Assembly: GCA_051531975.1 (NCBI GenBank)
Contig: JAOPTT010000020.1
Span: 58,042 to 122,041, forward strand
Direction: 5' to 3'
From: Spirochaetaceae bacterium
GTDB taxonomy: Bacteria; Spirochaetota; Spirochaetia; DSM-2461
Length of the DNA stretch: 64,000 nucleotides
Shown here: positions 1-9,771 of the stretch, piece after piece
Layout: each line of letters begins with the position of its first letter
Numbering within the stretch: the stretch's first letter is position 1
The notes under the pieces: generated by a model
What the model was told of the DNA's origin: nothing
What the model saw: the letters and a program-made list of their open reading frames with translations, nothing else
Database searches by the model: none
Program-made: the position numbers and the translations under genes

Positions 1-63
1 GAAGATGGATCATATCAGAGTATCTTAGAAGAATCCCAGTTGGAATATTTTAACCGTTTATAA
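1..63 (+). CDS. 3' end of a CDS entering from the left (EDGSYQSILEESQLEYFNRL*), product unknown
   Basis: Frame 1 is open from base 1 to TAA at 61-63 and converges on the sulfatase stop at 71; too short to assign. Confidence 0.4.
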   Translation, partial: EDGSYQSILEESQLEYFNRL

Positions 64-70
64 ATTTAAA

Positions 71-1390
71 TTATAACTTAATATGTCTTTCTAGTTTTTC
101 GACTATCTCAGGAAATGTATCCTTAATATTTGTAGTTTCATCTGGGTTAGATTTAATATCAAATAGATATAACTCCTTATTCTTGTCGTGTATAAGTTTA
201 TACCTCCCATCAAAAGCGAGCTTCCAATTAAATGATTTACCTTTTTTACTGAAATTAAGAGCTGATGTTACAACATTCCTAGGAATATAAAATCCACCCT
301 CAAATTGTTGTTTTAAAGAGCAACTATCCATTTGCGTTGGAACCTCAAGGCAGGCATAGTCAAGAAAAGTTGCGGCTAAATCCATTGTAGTTACAACTCC
401 ATCATAGGCTTCAGATTTTAATACACCAGGACCAGAGACTATTAAGGGTACAGCTACAGAACCGTGAAAAGGTTGACATTTTCCCCATAAATCGTGATCT
501 CCAAGCATATCGCCATGGTCTGATGAAAATACTATAAGCGTGTTTTCCAATAACCCACTCTCTTTAAGATAATCTAAATATTTACCTATTTGATTGTCTA
601 TGTTTTCTATCATAGCGGCATAATTTCTTCTAATATTAAGATGTATTGATTCATCATATTCAGTAGAGTTTATAGGCATTGGAAATTTTTGGTCTTTATA
701 TAGTTTTGACATGGACTTGGTAATATCCCATGGGGTATGGGGCCCAGTAAAGTTTACCTGTAAAAACCACGGTTTATTAGCTGGTGTTTCTTTTATTAGA
801 TTCAGCCCATTCTCCGCTAACCAGTTATCACAATAAAAATCGTCCTTTAGAGGTGTTGGAAAAGTTGACAGGTTGACTCCATCAGTTATTCTCTTTGACA
901 TATCATCTATATGGTTAGACATTACTTTGTTATCTTTTAGATGTGAAATATAAGGGCCAAAATATCCATTTCTTGAACTTGTTATACTATCAATCTTACC
1001 TTCATTATCCACACCATCACTGAATCCCCACTCGTTTAGGAGATGTTTTCCATCGACTCCCCAGTTAAAATCAGGCTTATGTAGGTCAAATTTCCCACAC
1101 CCTAAAACCTGGTAATCTGCTTTATCTCTTAGTAGTTTATAAAATGTTTCCTGCTGCAAAGGGTAGTTTTCTGCATTGGATCTGACACCACAATTTTTAT
1201 ACTCTCTGCCAGATGCTAATGAAGCCCTACTTGGCGCACAAAGTGGCGAAGGGCAGATAGCTGAGTTAAATACAATACCATTTTGAGAAAGATAGTCCAG
1301 GTTAGGTGTTTTTAATGGTAGCTTTTTATTGCTGCCAAGCCAGTCCCACCTCCACTGATCTGGGAAAAAAAATAGAATATTAGGTTTCAT
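71..1390 (-). CDS. Cys-type formylglycine-dependent sulfatase (S1), no signal peptide
   Basis: N-terminal KPNILFFFPDQ, CAPSRAS (CxPxR), PHTP and SSDHG motifs; AGGAG RBS upstream. Confidence 0.92.
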   Translation of the reverse strand: MKPNILFFFPDQWRWDWLGSNKKLPLKTPNLDYLSQNGIVFNSAICPSPLCAPSRASLASGREYKNCGVRSNAENYPLQQETFYKLLRDKADYQVLGCGKFDLHKPDFNWGVDGKHLLNEWGFSDGVDNEGKIDSITSSRNGYFGPYISHLKDNKVMSNHIDDMSKRITDGVNLSTFPTPLKDDFYCDNWLAENGLNLIKETPANKPWFLQVNFTGPHTPWDITKSMSKLYKDQKFPMPINSTEYDESIHLNIRRNYAAMIENIDNQIGKYLDYLKESGLLENTLIVFSSDHGDMLGDHDLWGKCQPFHGSVAVPLIVSGPGVLKSEAYDGVVTTMDLAATFLDYACLEVPTQMDSCSLKQQFEGGFYIPRNVVTSALNFSKKGKSFNWKLAFDGRYKLIHDKNKELYLFDIKSNPDETTNIKDTFPEIVEKLERHIKL

Positions 1391-3185
1391 GTTGTCTCCT
1401 TAAAATTATAGATTGAATTGTTAGTCCATTCATCGACTCTTTAGCATAGGATTTCCTGTGGTTTGTCCAATCCTTATTAAGACACCAGGGCCCAGCATGG
1501 GGGCTCTTAATATCTTTTTCTGTCCAGATACCACTCTGTTTTATCGATTGTGAATCTTTTTTTATTAATATCTCTTTAATACCTGGCTCTTTAAAAATTA
1601 ATAATCCTAGAGATATTGATTTAATTTTCAACTGCTTTTTTTTATGGTTTATCTCATTACCATCACTAAATCCTTCTAGGAAACCAGAACTTTGACCAGT
1701 TAATAATAGTTTTAATGATTTGTCTCCAACCTGTATAACAATAGGCATCTCTAGCATATCCAAAGAGTATTTTATTTCAATTTTAAAATTTTCACTATTT
1801 TTGATGTAAAAAGACCATTTCTTCTCTATATCTGGGATGTTAGTATTATACTGAAGGTTGTTATAATTACCCTGGGATATCTCATTTTCTCTAGTTAATT
1901 CGATTTTGTTATCTATCTCTATAGCAATATTTTTTTTAACAACAAGTTTAGAATCTAACTGACACTTTATTACGGTTACATAGGGTTCCGGGGAGAAGTC
2001 AAAAAGATCAATTAAAATTCTATTGTTATGTGTTTTCCATTTTATCTCATTACCACCTGTCATGAAACTTATTTTCTTTGGTAGATTATTTATTTCAGGC
2101 AGGAGAATTTTATTATCTTTTGGCCATTTAGATACCATTAAATATAAGGTTTCATTAATCCATGTTGCATAACCCCAGGTAAGGTAGTTAAAAGGGTTAT
2201 TATTAACATTAAAAATCGAATCCCTGTTTATTTTTACCCATTCTCCTATTTTTGAAAGAACCTGTTTTTCATAGTTCAAAATAGATCCATCAGCCTTGGG
2301 TCCTATATTAAGTAGATAATTCCCACCAGAGGATGTAACTCTACAAAGTAGATCAATCTGTTTTCTTAGCTGTGTCTCGATATTTGGTCTATCTATCCAG
2401 GACTTATAACCCCATGAGTGATAAAAAGTACAAGGTGTCTCACAACCCTGATTTATAGGATTTTCTGGAAGGTGGTTATCTGGCAGGGTTAAAAAGTCCC
2501 CTTGGTTGTTCATTACCCTTCCACTAACAAGACAGTCTGGCTGCTGTTTATGGACTGTTTCTGACAGTTTAATACTATCCTCAACTGTAGGTAGTCCCAT
2601 ATCAAAAAATACTTCGTTTATTGCACCATAGTTATTTAACAATTCCCTTAGCTGTTTTATAGATAGGTCTAGGTGATCTTTTGTGAATTCCTCAAAAACT
2701 GCATATTTGGTTTCTGGTTCTCTGGTAACCGCGGTATTTGAGTTCCAGTCCGGATTTGAAAAGTATATTCCAAGTTTAATATTGGATTCTAAACAGGCTT
2801 CTGATAGCTCTTTTAATATATCTTTTTTATACGGAGCCAGATCCACAACGTTAAAATCTGTTGTATCGGTTTTAAACAGACAAAATCCGTCGTGATGTTT
2901 AACTGTTAGGACAATATATTTCATTCCAGCATCTATAGCAGTTTTTACTATATTGGGGGCATTAAACTTTACTGGATTAAAATCTTTAGTCAGGTTTTGG
3001 TATACTTCTCTTTTTATGCTGGCATGTCGCTGTATCTGCTCACCTAATCGCGGGATCTTTTTTCCATTCCATATTCCTGCTGGTATTGAATAAAGTCCCC
3101 AGTGAATAAAAAGTCCAAACTTCAGAGATGACCATTTATTAAGTGCTTTAATATTTATTGTATGTTTTCTCTTTGGTATATCCAT
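1380..3185 (-). CDS. alpha-L-fucosidase (GH29) with C-terminal beta-sandwich extension
   Basis: KFGLFIHWGLYS, KHHDGF, FFD nucleophile region, GGNYLLNIGP. Confidence 0.9.
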   Translation of the reverse strand: MDIPKRKHTINIKALNKWSSLKFGLFIHWGLYSIPAGIWNGKKIPRLGEQIQRHASIKREVYQNLTKDFNPVKFNAPNIVKTAIDAGMKYIVLTVKHHDGFCLFKTDTTDFNVVDLAPYKKDILKELSEACLESNIKLGIYFSNPDWNSNTAVTREPETKYAVFEEFTKDHLDLSIKQLRELLNNYGAINEVFFDMGLPTVEDSIKLSETVHKQQPDCLVSGRVMNNQGDFLTLPDNHLPENPINQGCETPCTFYHSWGYKSWIDRPNIETQLRKQIDLLCRVTSSGGNYLLNIGPKADGSILNYEKQVLSKIGEWVKINRDSIFNVNNNPFNYLTWGYATWINETLYLMVSKWPKDNKILLPEINNLPKKISFMTGGNEIKWKTHNNRILIDLFDFSPEPYVTVIKCQLDSKLVVKKNIAIEIDNKIELTRENEISQGNYNNLQYNTNIPDIEKKWSFYIKNSENFKIEIKYSLDMLEMPIVIQVGDKSLKLLLTGQSSGFLEGFSDGNEINHKKKQLKIKSISLGLLIFKEPGIKEILIKKDSQSIKQSGIWTEKDIKSPHAGPWCLNKDWTNHRKSYAKESMNGLTIQSIILRRQHET

Positions 3186-3365
3186 ATTTTAAATAATCAT
3201 ATCTTGAATTAAATAATCAATGCTTTCTATAAAATTTCATTGTCAGGTGGATTATTTCACTATGGAATATAGAAATATTCATGGTGTATATAAATTGTAA
3301 ACTTGAACAGAAAGTTCACATTGTTAATAATAAAAAGAGTAGATATTTATAATAGGAGAAGTTAA

Positions 3366-4751
3366 ATGAAAAAAAATATTGTATTCTTTTTTACCGATGA
3401 TCAGCGATTTGATACTATAGCTGCTTTAGGAAACAAAGATATCATAACACCTAATATGGACAGGCTTGTTAATAGTGGAACAACATTTACCCACGCCCAT
3501 ATTCCCTGTGGAACATCCGGCGCAGTTTGCATGCCTAGTAGAGCTATGTTACATACAGGTAGAACTCTTTTCCATCTACAAAACGAAGGGCAGGAAATCC
3601 CAAAAGAACATATTACATTAGGCGAAACATTACAAAAAGCAGGCTATGAGACTTTTGGTACAGGGAAATGGCATAATGGAACATCATCTTATGCTAGAAG
3701 TTTTACAGCAGGCGGAGAAATATTTTTTGGTGGAATGTTTGATCATTGGAATGTCCCTGCATATAATTTTGATCCGACAGGGAAGTATGATAAAACTGTG
3801 CCATATACTACCGCTGCATTTAGTTCCAGAAAATTAAATATTATGAACACTGATCATATCACCCCTGGTAAACACTCTTCGGAACTGTTTGGAGATGTAT
3901 CAGCAGAGTGGATCAAAAATTATAATTCCGATAAACCATTTTTCAGTTATATTTCATTTATGGCTCCCCACGATCCAAGAACTATGCCTGAAAAATTTAA
4001 AAATATGTACAGTGCAAAAGATATTCCACTACCGGAAAATTATCTGCCTGAACACCCTTTTGATTTTGGTATAAGGAACTTAAGGGATGAAGTATTAGCC
4101 CCATATCCAAGACAACCCCAGGAAGTTAAAGAACATATTGCAGAATATTATGGAATGATAACCCATCTGGATAACGAGATGGGTAAAGTCATAAAAGCTG
4201 TTGAAGATAGAGGAGAGCTTGAAAATACACTATTCATTTTTGCAGGTGATAACGGTTTAGCTTTAGGTCAACATGGACTGTTTGGTAAACAAAACCACTA
4301 TGAACACAGTATCCGTGTACCACTAATTTTTTCAGGACCTGGTATTCCAAAAAATGAATTAAGGGATTCATATGCATATCTACTAGATATTTTCCCAACT
4401 ATTTGTGAATACCTGCAGGTAGACAAACCGGAAACTGTAGAGGGAATAAGTTTATTGCCTCTAATAGAAGATGTAAAAAAAATAAATAGGCATACACTCT
4501 ATTTTGCTTTCACAGATATTATGCGAGGGGTAAAAGATAGGCAATATAAACTTATTGAATATGCAACACCATGTTGTAGAAAAACTCAACTTTTTGATCT
4601 TATAAATGATCCACACGAAATGAATGATCTATCTGATGATGAAGATTACCTTAGTATTAAAAACTGTCTAAGAAGTCAAATGTTTATATTAAGAGATGAA
4701 TGGGATGATCGAAAACATCCACTTGGAAAAAAATACTGGGATAGGTATTAG
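3366..4751 (+). CDS. Cys-type sulfatase (S1), no signal peptide
   Basis: FFFTDDQ, CMPSRAMLHTGR, GKWH, PHDP, GDNG; AGGAG RBS. Confidence 0.93.
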   Translation: MKKNIVFFFTDDQRFDTIAALGNKDIITPNMDRLVNSGTTFTHAHIPCGTSGAVCMPSRAMLHTGRTLFHLQNEGQEIPKEHITLGETLQKAGYETFGTGKWHNGTSSYARSFTAGGEIFFGGMFDHWNVPAYNFDPTGKYDKTVPYTTAAFSSRKLNIMNTDHITPGKHSSELFGDVSAEWIKNYNSDKPFFSYISFMAPHDPRTMPEKFKNMYSAKDIPLPENYLPEHPFDFGIRNLRDEVLAPYPRQPQEVKEHIAEYYGMITHLDNEMGKVIKAVEDRGELENTLFIFAGDNGLALGQHGLFGKQNHYEHSIRVPLIFSGPGIPKNELRDSYAYLLDIFPTICEYLQVDKPETVEGISLLPLIEDVKKINRHTLYFAFTDIMRGVKDRQYKLIEYATPCCRKTQLFDLINDPHEMNDLSDDEDYLSIKNCLRSQMFILRDEWDDRKHPLGKKYWDRY

Positions 4752-4760
4752 GAGAGAATA

Positions 4761-7022
4761 TTGAATAAACATCATAATATAATAGCAGATAAAACATTAC
4801 AGGTCGCACTAGATACAGTCAAATCTATCTATGCCACAGATAAAAATGCACATATAGATATACTTTTAGAAGATAGATACTATTTTGTGGATCATACGCT
4901 AATAATTGCTGGAGACTATTCTCCTGGATCAGATGGACGTTTAACTTTTAAAGCCTTAAACAGTAGCAAACCTATTATTGGTTCTGGTACTAAGGTATTT
5001 GACTGGAAACCAGTAGATACCTGTAATATTCCGGATTATATTAAATTATCAGATGAACAGAGATCAAAATTATTTGTATCAAATGTTCCTGGGGATATAG
5101 ATGATGTAAAATGCCTATTCAAAAATGATAAAATTTTACAGAGAGGAAAAAGTCGACCTTTAGAAGCCAGGGTTACAAAATATGAGATGCTAAAAAGTTT
5201 TAATGTTGCCAATGAGTCTGACCGAAAACTTCTAAAACAAGTTCCTGTTCCTGGAAAAGAGTTAGAAAAAATAAGGTTTTCAGAGGATCTTGATATACTT
5301 TTTACAGCTGTACCATGGCAGTTATCGATACTTCCTGTAGAAAGATTTGATATAGAAAATGGATTTGTTTATACAAAGGAAGAGGGTACAGTTCCTGCAT
5401 GTATGAAACTACATGAACCTTCATGGCTTGAAAATCAACCAGAATTCATCTCTAATCCTGGAGAATGGGCTTATGATTCAAAGTTGAAAATGATCTTTTA
5501 TTGGCCAGTACAGCCCTCCGATCTTTCCGACATTGTAATTCCAACATTAAAGAACTTAATTACTGTAGAAGGTTCAATCGACTATGATGGTCCAGTAGAT
5601 AGTCCAGTTAATAATATTCATTTTAGTGGAATAACATTTAAACATGGGATAAGGGATACAAAAGACTCTCTATCAAAAGCTAGAGGACTTCAACATGACT
5701 GGGAATTTTTTGATAGATCTAATGCATTATTACAATTTAGAGGAACACAAAACTGTAGTGTATCAAACTGCCGATTTACAACAACAGGTGGAGTGGCTAT
5801 TAGAGGTGATCTGCATGTTCAGAACTTGTTAATTGAAAATAGTATGATTGATAATATTGGTTCAATGGGAATCCTTTTATGTGGCTATGGTCCTGGTTCC
5901 AAGGATGTTAATAAAAATAATACTATCAGAAATAATATAATCCACCACACAGGGGAGATTTATCACCATGGACACGCCATCTTTTTATGGCAGAGTGGGA
6001 ATAATAAGGTATCACATAATACAATTCACCACGTTCCTAGAAAAGCAATTGGAATCGCAGGTCTCAGGCTTCCACTTTTAGAACTAAGAGAGGTAACTTG
6101 GGATGATTCATCATTATTAATCCGATGGGACGAAATTGATAAGGCTACTAATGGTCTAGGTCTTGAACTAACAAATAAAATTAAAAAATCTGAAATAGAT
6201 GGGGATGATTTGGTAACAGATAATCTTCGTGGAGAATTATGGAAGTTATATCTGGATTTTCTGCATGGTCGTAATAATATAATTGAGTATAATAACGTAT
6301 ATCGTGCTCTGGACAAGCTTGGTGATGGTGCTGCAATAAATATTTCAGGAGCAGGAGTTGGTAACATTATCTACAGAAATTATGTACATCATGTTACAAC
6401 ACACCACGCTTCAGGTCTAATGAGAACCGATGACTGGCAATCAGGTACTACTTTTCAGGAGAATGTTCTATATAAAGCTAATGTCTCTGGGATAGTTAGA
6501 AAAAACATGACCCATCTGGTAAATAACTATATTATAGATGTAAGTACAAAGCAGACGGTTCGTTTTGCTTCATATCCAAATGAAAGTTCTACCAAAGGGG
6601 CACTAATAAATAAGAACATATTCCTTGAAACAGAGAGTCCTTTTGTTTTGTATAATGAGGGATATACAAGTCCTGGGATGGTTCATATCTCCGATGTTAA
6701 CTCAGATTTTAATATCATTCATAACCTTTCTAACTCAAATATCTCAGAGGAATTATTAGATCAAAACCGGAGAAATTTACTTGATAACAATAGTTTAAAT
6801 AAGGACCCCCAATTATTAGACCTTAAAAATGAAGACTTTAGACTATCACCTGATTCTCCATGCCATTCCTTGGGTATACTTTCTATTGATATTAAAGAGA
6901 TGGGAATTACCAATGAATATCCAGAAGATTTACTACAGTTTGACGATGATCCTGGTTACGGAGACCCAGAAGTTTATCACCGTGGTAGAAACAACGACAA
7001 AAAGGAGTATCTATTTTGGTAG
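4761..7022 (+). CDS. right-handed parallel beta-helix glycan-active protein (GH141-like)
   Basis: PGEWAYD, repeated N-rich PbH1-like strands (NNTIRNNIIHHTG, NNKVSHNTIHH), DGAAI, C-terminal EDFRLSPDSP; TTG start after AGGAG. Confidence 0.7.
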   Translation: MNKHHNIIADKTLQVALDTVKSIYATDKNAHIDILLEDRYYFVDHTLIIAGDYSPGSDGRLTFKALNSSKPIIGSGTKVFDWKPVDTCNIPDYIKLSDEQRSKLFVSNVPGDIDDVKCLFKNDKILQRGKSRPLEARVTKYEMLKSFNVANESDRKLLKQVPVPGKELEKIRFSEDLDILFTAVPWQLSILPVERFDIENGFVYTKEEGTVPACMKLHEPSWLENQPEFISNPGEWAYDSKLKMIFYWPVQPSDLSDIVIPTLKNLITVEGSIDYDGPVDSPVNNIHFSGITFKHGIRDTKDSLSKARGLQHDWEFFDRSNALLQFRGTQNCSVSNCRFTTTGGVAIRGDLHVQNLLIENSMIDNIGSMGILLCGYGPGSKDVNKNNTIRNNIIHHTGEIYHHGHAIFLWQSGNNKVSHNTIHHVPRKAIGIAGLRLPLLELREVTWDDSSLLIRWDEIDKATNGLGLELTNKIKKSEIDGDDLVTDNLRGELWKLYLDFLHGRNNIIEYNNVYRALDKLGDGAAINISGAGVGNIIYRNYVHHVTTHHASGLMRTDDWQSGTTFQENVLYKANVSGIVRKNMTHLVNNYIIDVSTKQTVRFASYPNESSTKGALINKNIFLETESPFVLYNEGYTSPGMVHISDVNSDFNIIHNLSNSNISEELLDQNRRNLLDNNSLNKDPQLLDLKNEDFRLSPDSPCHSLGILSIDIKEMGITNEYPEDLLQFDDDPGYGDPEVYHRGRNNDKKEYLFW

Positions 7023-8494
7023 AGGAAAAAATAGAAAACAGTTGGGAATCATTAATAAACCATGGTATTCCAGAGTGGATGCTTGATCAAAAATTTGGAA
7101 TCTATGCACACTTAGGACTATATTCTGTTCCGGGTTTTGGTAACGAATGGTATGAAAAGCATATGCATGACCCAAGTAGTGATATATATCAGAAACATAT
7201 TGATGAATTTGGACCAACAGCAGATTTTAGCTATCTAGATTTTTTACCTAAATTGACAGCAGATAAATTTGATGCAGCAGAGTGGGCTGAGTTATTTAAA
7301 CTCTCAGGAGCAAATTATGCCGGTCTCTCTCTGGCACATCATGATGGTTTTGGGCTCTGGGATAGTGATGTATATAAATGGAACGTAGGGAAAATGGGGC
7401 CAAAGAGGGATCTTTATGGTGAACTTGCTACAGAGATTAAAAAAAGAGGGATGAAACTTGTGGCCCCTTTCCATATTTTACGTGGATATAACTGGGTTCT
7501 TCCAGAGTGGAATCAATGGGATCAGTCATGGAATGAGGATGTTGTAGAACAAGGGAAAAAAGAAGGCTGGCAGATCTTTGATGCAAAATATAAAAACTTT
7601 TATTGGAATCAGATTGCTGGGGCGGATTATAAAGACTTTTTATTACAATGGAAGGAATCAATAAAAGAAGTAATAGATAAATATGAACCAGACCTAATGT
7701 GGTTTGATGGTGGAAGATTTTCTTTAGGCGAAGTGGAACAATATACTCTAGAAGTTTTATCTTATTATCTTAATAAAAGTATTATGTGGGAAAAAGAGGT
7801 TGGTGTCTTTAATAAACTCCCAGTAAGCCTTATATATAACTTTCCTGAAGAATTTGGAATCAGTCAGTTTGAAGAAGGCAGAGATAGACCTGAAGTTATG
7901 ACTAGGCCATGGAATGATGATATGAAAATAAGTCATGGTTCCTGGGGTTGGACAGAAGGACAAACATATAGATCAGGTAAGGAGATTCTACATGGTCTTA
8001 TAGACCGTACAGCAAGAGGCGGCAGTCTCATGTTATCACTATGTCCTAAAGCTGATGGTTCCATTTGTGAAGAGCAGAAAACATCCCTTAGAATTGTTGG
8101 TGAATGGTTAAAATATAACGATGAAGCAATTACTGGAACCAGACCATGGCTTTTACATGGAGAAGGGGATATACAAAAGTTAAAAGTTAAAAATGATAAG
8201 GGCAAGATATATTGGAAATATGATAAATGTAATGGAAATGATATTAGATATACAATGTCTAAGGATGGCAATATTATTTACGGTATAACTCTTGGTTGGC
8301 CAGGTGATAATGTTTATTTTAAATCACTTGGATTATTATCAAAATATCTTAATAAAGAGATTAGCCATATTCAACTTCTAGGGTCTAAATCAAAGACTGT
8401 TTGGAAACAGGACGATAGTGCATGCAATGTAAAACTTGATCCTAATTTAGATAGGAACTTATTAGCTTATACCTGGAGAATAAGATTAAAATAA
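7016..8494 (+). CDS. alpha-L-fucosidase (GH29)
   Basis: PEWMLDQKFGIYAHLGLYSVP, HHDGFGLWDS, LMWFDG; TTG start 8 nt after AAGGAG (7002-7007). Confidence 0.9.
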   Translation: MVEEKIENSWESLINHGIPEWMLDQKFGIYAHLGLYSVPGFGNEWYEKHMHDPSSDIYQKHIDEFGPTADFSYLDFLPKLTADKFDAAEWAELFKLSGANYAGLSLAHHDGFGLWDSDVYKWNVGKMGPKRDLYGELATEIKKRGMKLVAPFHILRGYNWVLPEWNQWDQSWNEDVVEQGKKEGWQIFDAKYKNFYWNQIAGADYKDFLLQWKESIKEVIDKYEPDLMWFDGGRFSLGEVEQYTLEVLSYYLNKSIMWEKEVGVFNKLPVSLIYNFPEEFGISQFEEGRDRPEVMTRPWNDDMKISHGSWGWTEGQTYRSGKEILHGLIDRTARGGSLMLSLCPKADGSICEEQKTSLRIVGEWLKYNDEAITGTRPWLLHGEGDIQKLKVKNDKGKIYWKYDKCNGNDIRYTMSKDGNIIYGITLGWPGDNVYFKSLGLLSKYLNKEISHIQLLGSKSKTVWKQDDSACNVKLDPNLDRNLLAYTWRIRLK

Positions 8495-8504
8495 ACATCT
8501 CATT

Positions 8505-8528
8505 TGTAGGGGGTTATAGACCCCTACA
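8505..8528 (+). terminator. stem-loop after GH29, probable intrinsic terminator
   Basis: TGTAGGGG-N8-CCCCTACA; weak U-tract. Confidence 0.55.
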
Positions 8529-8751
8529 GTTCAAATATATTTTATCACTGTAATGCATTTTATTTCCCTTAATCAATTAATATATTTTTATCTCTAATTA
8601 TATGCTTTCTTTAATCATAAGATATAAAAGATTAGAAATACCCTAAAAATATAGTACACTTGTATTATAACAAAATAAACATAATGACTGATTTCTAATT
8701 CTATTATCCCTTATATAATTTAATTAGATTGGAAAATATAAGGAGATCAAA

Positions 8752-9771
8752 ATGTTATTTATTAAAAAATTAGTAGTTTTAGTTACAGTAGTTCTGCTTT
8801 CATCACTAGGTTCAATTTATGCTCTAGGTAATGAAGAGTTAACAATGGATAATACATTTAAGCCTGCCCAGATAGTTAAAATTGACTTAGCCAGCTCAAG
8901 TTGTATTATACAAAAAGGTTCATCAGATAAAATTGAAGTTCATCTGGAGTATACATACCCTAAAGAAAATTACACTCCTTTATTTAATGAAGTAGGTAAC
9001 TCTCTGATTTTAACTGAAAAATTCAGAGGAATAACTATCTCAGGTAAAAGTACATGGACAATAACAGTACCTGAAGACACCAAACTGGACATAAGCATCG
9101 CATCGGGGAGGGTTAATATCAGCGGTATTACTAAAGGTTTTAAAGTTGGTACAGCTTCAGGAAGTATAACAACTGAGAATACCTCAGGTTCGATTCACCT
9201 ATCTTCAGCAAGTGGGAAAATTACAGTTTATGATCAAGACGGAAATGCAAACTTGAGTACTGCTAGTGGAAAGATAAACTTAAACTCTATTACAGGTGAT
9301 ATGAAAATAAACAGTGCCAGTGGATCAGTAATTGCTGAAAATATGGTCGGAGATATGGCCGTAAGTACTGCTTCAGGAAAAATAAACATTGATTCATCAG
9401 AGGGTGCTTTTAATGTTAATAGTGCAAGTGGCAATATCAATATGACAAATATTTATATTACTGGTGCCAGTACATTTAATGGAGCCTCTAGTGATATTCT
9501 TGTTGAACTTTCTAATGGTACAAACTACGATCTTAGCCTTAATACGGCTTCTGGGAATTCTGTTCTAGACTATAAAGGTCAAGCTGTAAATGGAAAATTT
9601 GTATTTACTGCCCGTGAAGATAGAGGTGAGATAATATCGATGATACCTTTTGATACAGAAACAACATTTGATAAAAATGGATATACATATATGAAAAAAA
9701 CATTTGTTAAATCAGGAGATACTCCACAGATAGAAATTTCAACTGCATCAGGTAGAGCTGAGCTAAAATAA
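8752..9771 (+). CDS. exported DUF4097 (LiaG/adhesin-like) beta-strand repeat protein
   Basis: Signal peptide; (T/S)ASG repeats with ~18-aa period. Confidence 0.85.
   Translation: MLFIKKLVVLVTVVLLSSLGSIYALGNEELTMDNTFKPAQIVKIDLASSSCIIQKGSSDKIEVHLEYTYPKENYTPLFNEVGNSLILTEKFRGITISGKSTWTITVPEDTKLDISIASGRVNISGITKGFKVGTASGSITTENTSGSIHLSSASGKITVYDQDGNANLSTASGKINLNSITGDMKINSASGSVIAENMVGDMAVSTASGKINIDSSEGAFNVNSASGNINMTNIYITGASTFNGASSDILVELSNGTNYDLSLNTASGNSVLDYKGQAVNGKFVFTAREDRGEIISMIPFDTETTFDKNGYTYMKKTFVKSGDTPQIEISTASGRAELK

Noticed and set aside
7011..7022. Possible frameshifted fusion of the beta-helix gene and GH29
   Set aside because: AAGGAG 8 nt before an in-frame TTG explains an independent start
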